A stretch of DNA of 64,000 nt from Chlorobiaceae bacterium (GTDB lineage: Bacteria > Bacteroidota > Ignavibacteria > UBA10030 > SZUA-254), in assembly GCA_013824245.1 (NCBI GenBank), contig PNNN01000049.1, positions 13,202 to 77,201 on the forward strand, in the 5' to 3' direction. A program made the translations under genes and the position numbers. How positions within the stretch are numbered: position 1 is the stretch's first letter; each line of letters starts with the position of its first letter. Positions 9,521 to 20,461 of this stretch are shown here, piece by piece. The notes under the pieces are model-generated. The model was not told the origin of the DNA and made no database searches. It saw nothing but the letters and a program-made list of their open reading frames with translations.

Positions 9521-10015
9521 ATGAACAAAGTCGGTGCCCCAATCACACATGCGGTACGATATCTTCGCAATCATAAAATTCAGTTCGAACCATATTTTTA
9601 TAATTATGAAGAACATGGCGGAACAAAGGTTGCCGCGCGTGAGTTAAATGTACCTGAACATCAGGTTATTAAAACGATACTATTCTACACGGATAAAGCC
9701 GAACCGCTTTTCGTTTTAATGCATGGCGATATGGAGGTTTCTACCAAAAATCTGGCGCGCACGATAGGAGTGAAATCAGTTCTGCCCGCAGATACGCGTA
9801 ATGCTGAAAAACTAACCGGTTATCAATTTGGAGGGATGTCACCGTTTGGAACCCGCACAAAAATCGCCGTCTATGTTGAGGCAACTATCCTACAGCAAGA
9901 AATAATTTACATTAATGGAGGAAAAAGAGGATTCCTTGTGGCTATCCAACCGAGATCGCTTGAAACGCTGGACCCAGTAAATGTTCATATTGGGATTGAT
10001 GGATATTCCGACTGA
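9521..10015 (+). CDS. ybaK: Cys-tRNA(Pro)/Cys-tRNA(Cys) deacylase YbaK/EbsC family
   Basis: Length (164 aa) and a GGMSPFG-type motif fit the YbaK editing domain. Confidence 0.7.
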   Translation: MNKVGAPITHAVRYLRNHKIQFEPYFYNYEEHGGTKVAARELNVPEHQVIKTILFYTDKAEPLFVLMHGDMEVSTKNLARTIGVKSVLPADTRNAEKLTGYQFGGMSPFGTRTKIAVYVEATILQQEIIYINGGKRGFLVAIQPRSLETLDPVNVHIGIDGYSD

Positions 10016-10141
10016 ATCGGTGGAATTATTCCATTTAGAATGTCAACCATCATAAGTTGCATATCACGCATAGTGATTTGTGTCAAATAAAAAGCATCGA
10101 AATATTATAAATTGAGATTAGTGATAATATGAAAGGCACAA

Positions 10142-10285
10142 ATGGAATTTATTAATTATATATCAATGATTCAAAATACGATTTTAATAGCAACGCTTCT
10201 ATTCATAATTGGAAGCGGCGTGGCGAAGTTTCTGAATACCGTGGTTGTTCGGCTGAGCAAGGATTTTGTCAGCATCTTCTTCTAA
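10142..10285 (+). CDS. Possible 47-aa single-pass membrane peptide
   Basis: ATG-to-TAA ORF (MEFINYISMIQNTILIATLLFIIGSGVAKF...) below the ORF-track cutoff, followed by a terminator at 10312. No homology is claimed. Confidence 0.3.
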   Translation: MEFINYISMIQNTILIATLLFIIGSGVAKFLNTVVVRLSKDFVSIFF

Positions 10286-10311
10286 ATTCATCCTTATACG
10301 TTCTAATAATA

Positions 10312-10346
10312 AAATCCCGGAGCGAGAGATTCGGGATTTTTTATTT
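10312..10346 (+). terminator. Rho-independent terminator
   Basis: AAATCCCG / CGGGATTT stem followed by a T-run. Confidence 0.6.
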
Positions 10347-10423
10347 TCCGAAAAATCTTCGTAGATTATGCTGTTATTTACGCGTGATGTCCAATATATA
10401 GTATATCCGATAATTTTATGTGT

Positions 10424-10495
10424 GCTGAAGTAGCTCAGTGGTAGAGCAGCTGATTCGTAATCAGCAGGTCGTGGGTTCAACTCCCACCTTCAGCT
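10424..10495 (+). tRNA. tRNA-Thr (anticodon CGT)
   Basis: Hand-folded cloverleaf: acceptor GCTGAAG/CTTCAGC, D arm GCTC/GAGC, anticodon arm GCTGA-TTCGTAA-TCAGC, T arm GTGGG-TTCAACT-CCCAC. Confidence 0.95.
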
Positions 10496-10545
10496 CTAAT
10501 TCTTGCCTTGATGCAGAATAATAAACGACCATCCAGATAAAACTA

Positions 10546-12672
10546 TTATCGTATTTTTTGTAGTTTTTGAATCCGCTCTTTCACATCATTTGCTTTTTGA
10601 CTTTGGGGAGGGAGGATTGCATAATATCGTTTTAATGCATCAATGAGCTTTCCATTGTTTTTTTGTTCAGAAAATATTTCTATCAGTTCCAGATAAGCGG
10701 GTTCAAAATCTTGTTTGATTTCCACAGCTTTGTAAAGCGCGGCTTCAGCAGGAGTATATTTTTTCAGATTGCGCAACGCTTTTGATCCTAAGATGTATAC
10801 ATTCGGTTGTTTTGGATCTTGTTGAAGAGATATCCCCAAATGTTTTAGAGCTTCTTCATATTTGCCTTCACGGAGAAGTAACTCTCCAAGTTGATTGCGA
10901 AGTGGAATGTTTTGATACTCGACTGAAAGAATTTCTTGTGTAACTTGCACTGCTTTTTCAACTTTATTTTTCTTTATAAGAATCTCGTCCAACTCTTTTA
11001 AAAAGTTACTTATGCGTGAACTTTCAGGACTGGCAGTGAAACGCTGGAATAGATCGTTGTCGAATTTTGTGCGACTCTGGGTATTGGGATAACGGTATAT
11101 CCAAAAGGATGGTCCTGTTTGATTTTCATTTGAGTGAACTTCATAAACTAATTTCCACCTTAATTGTAAGCTATCATAAAAATGTAGAATGTCTTTATAT
11201 TTCATCGGTTCCTGTGCGTACCTGTCTTTGTCATACGAGGATGTAACAAGAATATCCAGATCTTCATACCAGCGAGTGTCATAGAAAGCTGCCACACGCT
11301 CTGATTCGAATGCGAGAAATGGGATATCGAAAATTATATAATTTCCATCTCTTATATCAACACCAAACGGTCCTGTTGCGATGATTGAGTTGATTGGTAC
11401 ATTACTTCTTATCCATGTTTTTGTAATAGTTCGCGTGTCTTTAAGACCCAGAGATTTTAAATAGTTGTACGAATCAAATACGGGCTGAAAAATTATGATT
11501 AAACAAATTATTGAATAAAGAAATATTTGTTTCCGCGGGTTTTGGTTAAAGCGTGTCCAAAATTTTGATTTATCATCATCCATCACTGAGAGAAATTTAT
11601 TTATCCCTATCGATCCGATTACAGCGACCATCGGAAAAATTGGTAAGATATATCTCTCAGCTCGCATTATCCATGTTGAGACGACTACCAAAAATAGAAG
11701 CGGATAAATTAGAAGCAGTAATTCGTTTCGTTTTCGTTCCTTCAAAATTATGATAATGCTAAGAATAGAAATTATATAAAATATCCAGCCAAAGTTTGTA
11801 GGAAGGGCATCAAGGAAGTAGTAATAAAGCGTGCTTTGCGATTCCGGGATACCAAGATGTCCGCCTGCCATATGCTGTTGTTCGAACGAAAAATCTTTCT
11901 CAAAAGCGTTTGGAGTCAAGAGTATAAAAGGATTTAATAACAAAAATAATCCCAATGCGATCATCAAACTAACGATAAGTCGCTGATCCTTCAGAGTTCT
12001 TAAACTATTGCGGAGATGACTTGATTGCATCAAGTGTGCCGCGATGAGAAAAAAGATTAGAAACGCACCTGTATATTTTGATGATGCGGCAAGCCCTATG
12101 CTTATACCGGCAAGGTAATACCATTTGGATTTTGGAGTTGAATATACCCGGTAGACGTACAATACAGCAAGAGCGCTAAAAAATGTTAATATCGTATCGA
12201 CTTGAATCAAGTGAGAAAATTTAATGTGTAACGGATTAACAGTGAGGATTATTGCGGCAATAATAGAAGTTCGCTTGTTGAAAAATTCATTTGCAAATCG
12301 ATATATAACAATGATGATTCCAATATCAAAGATTGCATCTACTGCGCGAGCTGTGTAAACAAGTGGAGTGATGGTTGTGCCGAAGTCATTAATGGTTGCG
12401 TAGAATCCAAATAAATTACCGATCCCGAAGTGTACCGATTGCGCGATGAACTGGATATAAAATGTTAAAGCCGGATAGTTAAAAAATTCGGGATTGAAAT
12501 TAAAGCCGGGATTTCCCCAATTCCAGAATTTCCATGCGATCCTGAGGGGCGTTCCTTCCTCGAACAGTTCCGGTAAACCCCACCCGATATGGATAAAACG
12601 CAGAAAGCCAGCCGCGATTATAATTATTGATATGGCGATTTCATTTTTCGAAATAAATGGAAATTTTCTCAT
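10546..12672 (-). CDS. GT-C fold (ArnT/PMT-like, GT39-type) membrane glycosyltransferase with C-terminal TPR repeats
   Basis: About 12 TM helices in the N-terminal ~400 aa; the C-terminal region has TPR-like repeats (ALKHLGISLQQDP..., AALYKAVEIKQDF...). Confidence 0.6.
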   Translation of the reverse strand: MRKFPFISKNEIAISIIIIAAGFLRFIHIGWGLPELFEEGTPLRIAWKFWNWGNPGFNFNPEFFNYPALTFYIQFIAQSVHFGIGNLFGFYATINDFGTTITPLVYTARAVDAIFDIGIIIVIYRFANEFFNKRTSIIAAIILTVNPLHIKFSHLIQVDTILTFFSALAVLYVYRVYSTPKSKWYYLAGISIGLAASSKYTGAFLIFFLIAAHLMQSSHLRNSLRTLKDQRLIVSLMIALGLFLLLNPFILLTPNAFEKDFSFEQQHMAGGHLGIPESQSTLYYYFLDALPTNFGWIFYIISILSIIIILKERKRNELLLLIYPLLFLVVVSTWIMRAERYILPIFPMVAVIGSIGINKFLSVMDDDKSKFWTRFNQNPRKQIFLYSIICLIIIFQPVFDSYNYLKSLGLKDTRTITKTWIRSNVPINSIIATGPFGVDIRDGNYIIFDIPFLAFESERVAAFYDTRWYEDLDILVTSSYDKDRYAQEPMKYKDILHFYDSLQLRWKLVYEVHSNENQTGPSFWIYRYPNTQSRTKFDNDLFQRFTASPESSRISNFLKELDEILIKKNKVEKAVQVTQEILSVEYQNIPLRNQLGELLLREGKYEEALKHLGISLQQDPKQPNVYILGSKALRNLKKYTPAEAALYKAVEIKQDFEPAYLELIEIFSEQKNNGKLIDALKRYYAILPPQSQKANDVKERIQKLQKIR

Positions 12673-12961
12673 TATCGATTTTTGTTTAATGATTGAACAT
12701 GTTCGGAAAACAATAAGATAAGTTTTTTTTATCGAGAGAGCAACGATTATTTTTTTATAGTTTATCTGTGATTAATCATATCGGCCAAGGATAAAGCTTC
12801 ATAGAAACCCAATGAAAGGCGCACTATTAATTATTACAATTTTATCCGAATTATAATTGTTTTATTTCTTCTAATTTCCTATATTATCAAGACTTTTTCG
12901 TCATAAATGTTTATTTTACATCCTTTTCAATATTAAGTTGATTCAAGAATAAAAAAGGTAG

Positions 12962-14371
<1,410 letters not shown>

Positions 14372-14377
14372 ACGTTC

Positions 14378-14791
14378 ATGTCAGAAAAAACATTTAAGCT
14401 CGATATAGTTACCCCGGCGCGAATTGTTTTCAGCGGCGATGTTGTAAGTTTCAGCGCCCCGGGCGTTATCGGCGGTTTTCAGATATTATATAACCACGCA
14501 CCGATGTTAGCCGAAATTGGAATTGGGGAAATCAAGTTCACAAATTCCGATGGTCAAGAATATTTTTATGCAACAAGCGGTGGTTATGTTGATGTAGCGA
14601 ATAACCGTGTTGCATTATTGGCTGAAACAGTTGAACGCGCTGATGAAATCGATACCGTGCGGGCAGAAACTGCATTCGATAAATCCCATACTCAGATAAG
14701 CAGTATACAATCGGAAGAGAAACGTCTTGAAATCAAGCAAGCAATTGAACGAGCGCAAAATCGGATTCGCATTGCAAAAAAAAGAAAATAA
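14378..14791 (+). CDS. atpC: F0F1 ATP synthase subunit epsilon
   Basis: 137 aa, directly after atpD, with the typical N-terminal beta-sandwich sequence (LDIVTP...). Confidence 0.9.
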   Translation: MSEKTFKLDIVTPARIVFSGDVVSFSAPGVIGGFQILYNHAPMLAEIGIGEIKFTNSDGQEYFYATSGGYVDVANNRVALLAETVERADEIDTVRAETAFDKSHTQISSIQSEEKRLEIKQAIERAQNRIRIAKKRK

Positions 14792-14812
14792 TTTATCTTC
14801 TCATGTCGTTCA

Positions 14813-14846
14813 CCCACCCGATCATATGATCGATGTGGGTTTTTTA
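14813..14846 (+). terminator. Rho-independent terminator after atpC
   Basis: CCCAC...GTGGG stem enclosing the GATCATATGATC palindrome, followed by T5. Confidence 0.6.
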
Positions 14847-14863
14847 TTTTATCTTTCCAAAAT

Positions 14864-15994
14864 ATGCGTATCACACACGCCGAAATAGATGTTCAAAAAC
14901 TCCATCGTAATTACCTTAACACAAAAGGGGCATTGCCACCTGATGTGAAAGTGATGGGTATTGTAAAAGCTAATGCCTATGGACATGGAGTTCTGGAAAT
15001 ATCGAGGTTATTAACTGACTACGGAATCGATTATCTTGGGGTTGGTTTTTTAGAAGAAGGAATATATTTGAGGGAACATGGATTAACGGTTCCTATCTTA
15101 GTGTTGGGCGGTGTTCTGGATAATCAAATTCGTTCTTTCCTCGATAACAATCTTGATATTACCGTATCATCATTGGAGATTGCCGAGAGGATCGAACATG
15201 AAGTTGTCAGAGATAAAAATTTAAAAGCGCGGATTCATTTGAAAATTGATACGGGCATGGAACGGATTGGCGTTCATTCGGAGAATGCACTTCCATTTGT
15301 TGAACGGGTTTGCCGAATGAAGCATTTGGATGTGGTTGGAATTTATAGTCATTTCGCTTCAGCAGATGAGCGCGATAAGGCATTCACTCATTATCAGTTC
15401 GATCGCTTCCAATCGCTTCTGAAAAAGATTAATTCGATCGGAATCGATATCCCGTTAAAACATATTGCCAACAGTGGCGCATTAATAGATCTGCCCGAAA
15501 CTTATTTAACTATGGTGCGGCCCGGAATTATGTTGTATGGAATATATCCATCACTCGAAACAACAGAAAGTATTCTAATCGAACCGGTTCTCTCGCTAAA
15601 ATCGAAAATTGTTTTTATTAAAGAAGTTGCGGCAAATACAAGTGTCAGTTATGGAAGAAAATATTTTACATCAAAGCGCACAAAAATCGCGACCATCCCG
15701 GTTGGTTATGGAGATGGTTATAGCCGCCGACTTACGAACAACAGCGAGGTGTTGATTGCCGGTAAGCGATATCCGGTGATTGGAGTTGTTTGTATGGATC
15801 AAATGATGGTTGATATCGGATACGATGCGAGCATCCATGTCGGCGATGATGTAATACTTATCGGAGAATCTTCCGGCGAGAAAATCTCCGCATGGGAATT
15901 AGCAGAACGTGCCGGAACAAATCCGTACGAATTATTAACAGGCATCGCAACTCGCGTGCCTCGAGTATTCATTCATAAAAATGGAGGGAAGTAG
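14864..15994 (+). CDS. alr: Alanine racemase
   Basis: PLP-lysine motif VKANAYGHG; length and C-terminal domain are typical. Confidence 0.9.
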   Translation: MRITHAEIDVQKLHRNYLNTKGALPPDVKVMGIVKANAYGHGVLEISRLLTDYGIDYLGVGFLEEGIYLREHGLTVPILVLGGVLDNQIRSFLDNNLDITVSSLEIAERIEHEVVRDKNLKARIHLKIDTGMERIGVHSENALPFVERVCRMKHLDVVGIYSHFASADERDKAFTHYQFDRFQSLLKKINSIGIDIPLKHIANSGALIDLPETYLTMVRPGIMLYGIYPSLETTESILIEPVLSLKSKIVFIKEVAANTSVSYGRKYFTSKRTKIATIPVGYGDGYSRRLTNNSEVLIAGKRYPVIGVVCMDQMMVDIGYDASIHVGDDVILIGESSGEKISAWELAERAGTNPYELLTGIATRVPRVFIHKNGGK

Positions 15995-15997
15995 AAA

Positions 15998-17086
15998 ATG
16001 CCCAATGTATATGCAGTAATAATGGCAGGTGGAGTTGGAACGCGTTTCTGGCCCAGAAGCCGAGAAAAATCACCAAAACAACTTCTTGAGATTGTTGGCA
16101 AAGGGACGATGATTCAAAATACGGTAAACCGGATAAGTGATCTCATCGAACCGAAGAACATCATGGTTGTAACTAATAAAATTCAAAAACCGATGGTCAC
16201 TAAGCAGCTGCCGAATCTTCCGGAAGAAAATATCATAACCGAACCTATTGGCAGGAATACTGCGCCCTGTATTGGGCTTGCCGGACTATTTGTTAGGCGC
16301 ATAGACCCTGAAGCAGTGATGGTAGTTCTTCCAGCCGATCATATTATGCAAGATGAAGAAGAATTTAGGCGTCTGTTAAGATTAGCCACTTGGGTTGCTT
16401 ATGAATCGGGAAAGCTGGTAACTGTCGGAATTCAACCAACGCGCCCCGAAACAGGTTATGGTTACATACAAGTTATAGATGAGGATGACGGCAAAAATCC
16501 GTATTTTCAGAAAGGTGTTTTCAAAGTTAAAACATTTGCCGAGAAGCCAAATGTTGAAACGGCGAAGGTGTTTTTGGAGAGCGGTGATTTTGTTTGGAAC
16601 AGCGGCATGTTCATCTGGCGTGTAGATGCAATAATGCGTGAGATCGAAACTCATCTTCCGGAGATGTACCAAGAATTATTGAAAATTGATGATGCTATTG
16701 GTGCTGAAGATTACGATAATGTAGTTGAAACGACTTATAAAATTATTCGTGGAATTTCCATCGATTACGGTGTGATGGAAAAAGCCAAAGATGTTTATGT
16801 TTTGCGCGGAAATTTTGGATGGAGCGATGTCGGTTCGTGGGATGAAGTTTACAGAATAGCCGGCAAAGATGAAAATGGAAATTCGGTGACAGGACAGGCA
16901 TTTTTACATAATACGAAGAATACATTGGTATATTCCGGTACTAAAATAGTGGCGACCGTTGGCGTAGATGATCTGATCATAATTTCGACCGACGATGCTG
17001 TACTTGTTTGCAAACAGGGTCAATCGCAGGATGTCAAAGAAGCGGTCGATTATTTGCGTCGTAAACAAAAAGTTGACTATCTTTAA
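15998..17086 (+). CDS. Mannose-1-phosphate guanylyltransferase
   Basis: N-terminal MAGGVGTRFWPRSR nucleotidyltransferase motif; 362 aa. Confidence 0.8.
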   Translation: MPNVYAVIMAGGVGTRFWPRSREKSPKQLLEIVGKGTMIQNTVNRISDLIEPKNIMVVTNKIQKPMVTKQLPNLPEENIITEPIGRNTAPCIGLAGLFVRRIDPEAVMVVLPADHIMQDEEEFRRLLRLATWVAYESGKLVTVGIQPTRPETGYGYIQVIDEDDGKNPYFQKGVFKVKTFAEKPNVETAKVFLESGDFVWNSGMFIWRVDAIMREIETHLPEMYQELLKIDDAIGAEDYDNVVETTYKIIRGISIDYGVMEKAKDVYVLRGNFGWSDVGSWDEVYRIAGKDENGNSVTGQAFLHNTKNTLVYSGTKIVATVGVDDLIIISTDDAVLVCKQGQSQDVKEAVDYLRRKQKVDYL

Positions 17087-17097
17087 GTGGGCAATAA

Positions 17098-17511
17098 ATG
17101 CGGGTAATATTGTTGTTTATAGCCGGTGTTTTGCTTAGTGGATGTGTTGCATCACCCCGCTTCACTTCGGAAAAAATTAATAAGAGCGAAGAATTTTCGG
17201 GTGAGTTTATAAGCGAGGGGATTGCATCATATTATGCCGATGAATATCATGGCAGAAAAACTTCGAATGGCGAAAAGTATGATATGTATGCTTTAACAGC
17301 AGCGCATCAACAGTTGCCGTTCAACACAAAAGTGAAAGTTACGAATCTGAATAACGGAAAATCTGTCTCGGTAAGGATAAATGATAGAGGTCCATTTAAA
17401 GACAGCCGTATTATCGATCTTTCGTATACCGCGGCAAAAGAATTAGGGATGATAGGACCTGGAACAGCATCAGTTCGGCTTGACATAATTGAACTTGGTA
17501 ATCAGAAATAA
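17098..17511 (+). CDS. rlpA: Septal ring lytic transglycosylase RlpA (DPBB domain lipoprotein)
   Basis: Lipobox LSGC; ASYYADEYHGRKTSNGEKYD and INDRGPF motifs. Confidence 0.85.
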   Translation: MRVILLFIAGVLLSGCVASPRFTSEKINKSEEFSGEFISEGIASYYADEYHGRKTSNGEKYDMYALTAAHQQLPFNTKVKVTNLNNGKSVSVRINDRGPFKDSRIIDLSYTAAKELGMIGPGTASVRLDIIELGNQK

Positions 17512-17535
17512 AAAATATCTGTGAGAGAATAACCG

Positions 17536-18195
17536 ATGGCAAAAAAATTACTAACGGAACAATCTGTCATTGAAGCATCAAAACGACGCGATAACAAAAT
17601 TATCGTCGAAGATGACACGCTTATCACCGATGCTGCCCGCGATAGGGCAGGTCAATTAGGTATTGTAATCGAACGGAAAAAGCATTCGGTTGTAATCAAT
17701 ACAGCATCAACACCCGCGCTCAATTCACAGCCGGGCGCAAAAGAGACAATAGCGATTGCCAGCGATCATGGCGGTTTTGGATTGAAAGAACAATTACGCG
17801 CTTATCTTACTTCTCTCGGTTATAATGTTGTTGATCTTGGAACGAACAATGAGGAACCATGCGATTATCCCGATTTTGCTTACGCGGTTGGTTCAATGGT
17901 GAGCAAACATACTGCATCGCGCGGTATAATGATTGATACTTTGGGAATTGCTTCTGCGATGGTGGCAAATAAAATTACCGGAATTAGAGCCGCATGTTGC
18001 TTCGATGAATTTTCGGCGCGGAGCAGCAGGGAACACAACAATGCAAATGTTCTAACTCTTGGAGGTAAAACAATTGGAGTTGAATTGGCAAAATCGATTA
18101 TTAAGGTGTGGCTCGATACATCATATGCCGGAGGCAGGCACCAAAAACGCCTGGACAAACTTACTGAAATTGAGAAACGATTCCTAAAAACTTGA
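17536..18195 (+). CDS. rpiB: Ribose-5-phosphate isomerase B (RpiB/LacAB family) with a ~70-aa N-terminal extension
   Basis: The core starts at IAIASDHGGFGLKE. No internal Met is available near the core start. Confidence 0.8.
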   Translation: MAKKLLTEQSVIEASKRRDNKIIVEDDTLITDAARDRAGQLGIVIERKKHSVVINTASTPALNSQPGAKETIAIASDHGGFGLKEQLRAYLTSLGYNVVDLGTNNEEPCDYPDFAYAVGSMVSKHTASRGIMIDTLGIASAMVANKITGIRAACCFDEFSARSSREHNNANVLTLGGKTIGVELAKSIIKVWLDTSYAGGRHQKRLDKLTEIEKRFLKT

Positions 18196-18211
18196 TTGAT
18201 TGCACCCATTC

Positions 18212-18940
18212 ATGAAAGTCGCATTGATAAAAATTGTCGGCTGGATGATGCTTGTTGCAATGGTTGTTCTTATTACAGCCGAAAGTTATATAGCGAATCG
18301 TAATTCGAAGGATGCTAATAAATCACTTTTGAGCAATGACCCGTCTGAAACAGGGACATATCTAAAAAATAAAACGCTCGATAGAGAATTATCATCGAAT
18401 GAAATCTCACGCATCAAACAGTATTCTAAAGATTATGGAATTGATTATCGTATCATTTTATCGATCATCAAGCAAGAGTCTCAATTCGATTCAACTGCTG
18501 TGAGTGAACGTGGAGCAACCGGACTGATGCAGATGATGCCAATGACACATGCAGAGATGAATGAAGCACTCGATCTTGACAGTTTAGAAGTTACTTCTGA
18601 TAATATTCAAGCCGGGATATATTATTTTTCGAAACTGTATAATCTTTTTTCAAATATAAAAGGTGAAGACCGACTTTGTTTTTCACTTGCAGCATATAAT
18701 GCCGGTCCATCTCGTATATACGATGCTCAGGAAATAGCCGCGTATATGGGCGAAAATCCGAACAAGTGGACGGTTATTGAAAACATTTTACCCCTTTTAT
18801 CAAAAAGATACTACTCCCTCCATCAAGAAGTGTGGGGTGAACCAAAACCGCGAAATGGGTATTTTGGAAGTTGGAGGCAAACAGTGAAATATGTTCAAAA
18901 TATTACAAATACTTACAAAAATTTAAATCGAACAGAGTAG
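18212..18940 (+). CDS. SLT-domain lytic transglycosylase
   Basis: ESQFDSTAVSERGATGLMQMMP and AYNAGP motifs. The ATG at 18212 is preferred over the TTG at 18200. Confidence 0.8.
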   Translation: MKVALIKIVGWMMLVAMVVLITAESYIANRNSKDANKSLLSNDPSETGTYLKNKTLDRELSSNEISRIKQYSKDYGIDYRIILSIIKQESQFDSTAVSERGATGLMQMMPMTHAEMNEALDLDSLEVTSDNIQAGIYYFSKLYNLFSNIKGEDRLCFSLAAYNAGPSRIYDAQEIAAYMGENPNKWTVIENILPLLSKRYYSLHQEVWGEPKPRNGYFGSWRQTVKYVQNITNTYKNLNRTE

Positions 18941-18985
18941 GAAAAAAATATTTAAGGAGGAGTTGACCAGAAACCCTTCGAGTTC

Positions 18986-19014
18986 TTGACAAGTGGAAAA
19001 AATATTATTATATT
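18986..19014 (+). promoter_or_regulatory. Orphan sigma70-like promoter (TTGACA-N17-TATATT) facing a gene-free gap
   Basis: TTGACA at 18986-18991, a 17-nt spacer, TATATT at 19009-19014. The hexamers are identical to the promoters at 44285 and 45943. Confidence 0.4.
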
Positions 19015-19017
19015 ATC

Positions 19018-19196
19018 ACGAAGTTGAACCGTGGAAAGAGGCATAACAAACCTTAAAGTTCATTCGAAAATAAGATTTACCCAATAATATATATGTGAAT
19101 GGGTATAGGTGATTTGTATTGATGGTCGTGGGCGCTATCAAGGCGGAACGCCGGGAGACGGTTCACATCAAGATAAGCGCCTTCGACCGTTAATTT
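19018..19196 (+). ncRNA. Candidate small structured RNA (unclassified)
   Basis: Lies downstream of the orphan promoter with no ORF. Stem GGTCG..GCGCT..ATC (19124-) pairs with GATAAGCGCC..CGACC (-19188) and encloses a GGCG-GAA-CGCC hairpin. TGAACCGT (19025-19032) is complementary to ACGGTTCA (19158-19165). Confidence 0.25.
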
Positions 19197-19742
19197 TTAT
19201 GGGAGAAGAATAGCAGAGGCGACAACAGTAGTCCATAAACCGTTTTTATCACCTTCTGCAGATTGAGTTACGTTAAATGTTTTAACAATTTTTCCGCTCA
19301 TTTTATATTGCAGTTCACGTTCGTCCCATGCAATGTTAGGATCAAACTCAACACCAAGTGTTGTAGCCAACATTGTTGCCGCAAGATCTTCTGCGTACTC
19401 ACCGGCTTTCTCATCGGTCTCGCCAAATGGATGATGTTCAGAAAGATATCCGTACTGTGTGTTGTCAGCGGGAGTAGCAACCCCGATGGATGATGCGATT
19501 AATCGGTTAGGTTCGTTTGTTGCATTACGAGCCATAACGGCAAATGTAATTTGTCCGGCTTGAAGCAATTTTAATCCTTCGTCGGTCGGGATTCGCTTAC
19601 AGCCCGGTGGAAAAATACTTGAAACGGTAACAAGATTACACTTTTCTATCTTTGCATCGCGGAGGGCTAACTCGAACGATTGGAGATAATCTTTATGCCT
19701 GCCTACACCTTTGGTGAAAAAGATCTTTGTTGGTACGTACAC
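19197..19742 (-). CDS. pdaD: Pyruvoyl-dependent arginine decarboxylase
   Basis: FTKGVGRH motif and the VSSIFPPG self-cleavage site region; GTG start. Confidence 0.85.
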   Translation of the reverse strand: MYVPTKIFFTKGVGRHKDYLQSFELALRDAKIEKCNLVTVSSIFPPGCKRIPTDEGLKLLQAGQITFAVMARNATNEPNRLIASSIGVATPADNTQYGYLSEHHPFGETDEKAGEYAEDLAATMLATTLGVEFDPNIAWDERELQYKMSGKIVKTFNVTQSAEGDKNGLWTTVVASAILLP

Positions 19743-19809
19743 TTCTGTGACTCCTTAAGAATAATAATGATAGTTAATAAAAATAAATTGATGAAACTGC
19801 ATATAATTA

Positions 19810-19858
19810 AAAAGTAAAAATTCAAAATTAAAAAACTCACAATTCACAACTCACAACT
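19810..19858. repeat. Drifting heptamer tract (7 units) abutting the smpB stop
   Basis: AAAAGTA AAAATTC AAAATTA AAAAACT CACAATT CACAACT CACAACT. Confidence 0.7.
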
Positions 19859-20322
19859 TATCTTGCATATTCCCGCTGAAGTTGTCGCTTTGTTTCGCGC
19901 TCTTTGATTGCTTCTCGCTTATCATATGATTTTTTACCTTGAGCAAGCCCGAGATCAACCTTTACGATATTCTTTTTAAAATAAACACGCAAAGGGACGA
20001 GCGTTAACCCCTTTTCTGCAACTTTGCCGATGAGCCGGCGGATTTCACGTTTGTGCATCAAGAGTTTTCGGTCGCGTTTGGGGTCGTGGTTGTTGATGTT
20101 GCCTTTTTCAAACGGACTGATGTGCATGCCGAGCAGCCAGACTTCACCGTTTCTGAGTAATGCGTAGCCATCTTGCAGGTTTGCTAATCCCTGTCTGAGA
20201 GATTTTACTTCGGTTCCTTTGAGTACAATTCCTGTTTCAAACCGATCTATGATGAAGTAATCATGAAGGGCTTTCCGGTTGGTTACGACGGTTTTTTCTT
20301 CCGCAGGACTTTCTGTGGTCAT
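19858..20322 (-). CDS. smpB: SsrA-binding protein SmpB
   Basis: NRKALHDYFI...GTEVKSLR motif. The start is taken at the Met of MTTESP (20322). The longer ORF-track N-terminus only translates the repeat tract. Confidence 0.9.
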   Translation of the reverse strand: MTTESPAEEKTVVTNRKALHDYFIIDRFETGIVLKGTEVKSLRQGLANLQDGYALLRNGEVWLLGMHISPFEKGNINNHDPKRDRKLLMHKREIRRLIGKVAEKGLTLVPLRVYFKKNIVKVDLGLAQGKKSYDKREAIKERETKRQLQREYAR

Positions 20323-20385
20323 CTCGGTAGCAACATTATGGTAATAAAAATAACAATTTTGAAGAGAAAATGCAATAAAAAATGT

Positions 20386-20461
20386 AAAAGTCAAAATTAA
20401 AAAATAAAAATAATCAGATGAATATTTGATAGAGACCTGAGACCTGAAACCTGAAACCAAA
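20386..20461. repeat. Drifting heptamer tract upstream of smpB
   Basis: AAAAGTC AAAATTA AAAAATA ... GACCTGA GACCTGA AACCTGA AACCAAA. Its head resembles the head of the tract at 19810. Confidence 0.65.

Noticed and set aside
10199-10480. 93-aa minus-strand ORF
   Set aside because: It overlaps the tRNA-Thr gene antisense and a plus-strand terminator, and it has no support as a gene.
20323-20460. 46-codon N-terminal extension of smpB in the ORF track
   Set aside because: It translates the heptamer tract (…YFYFLILTFTFFIAF…). The conserved SmpB sequence begins shortly after the Met at 20322.
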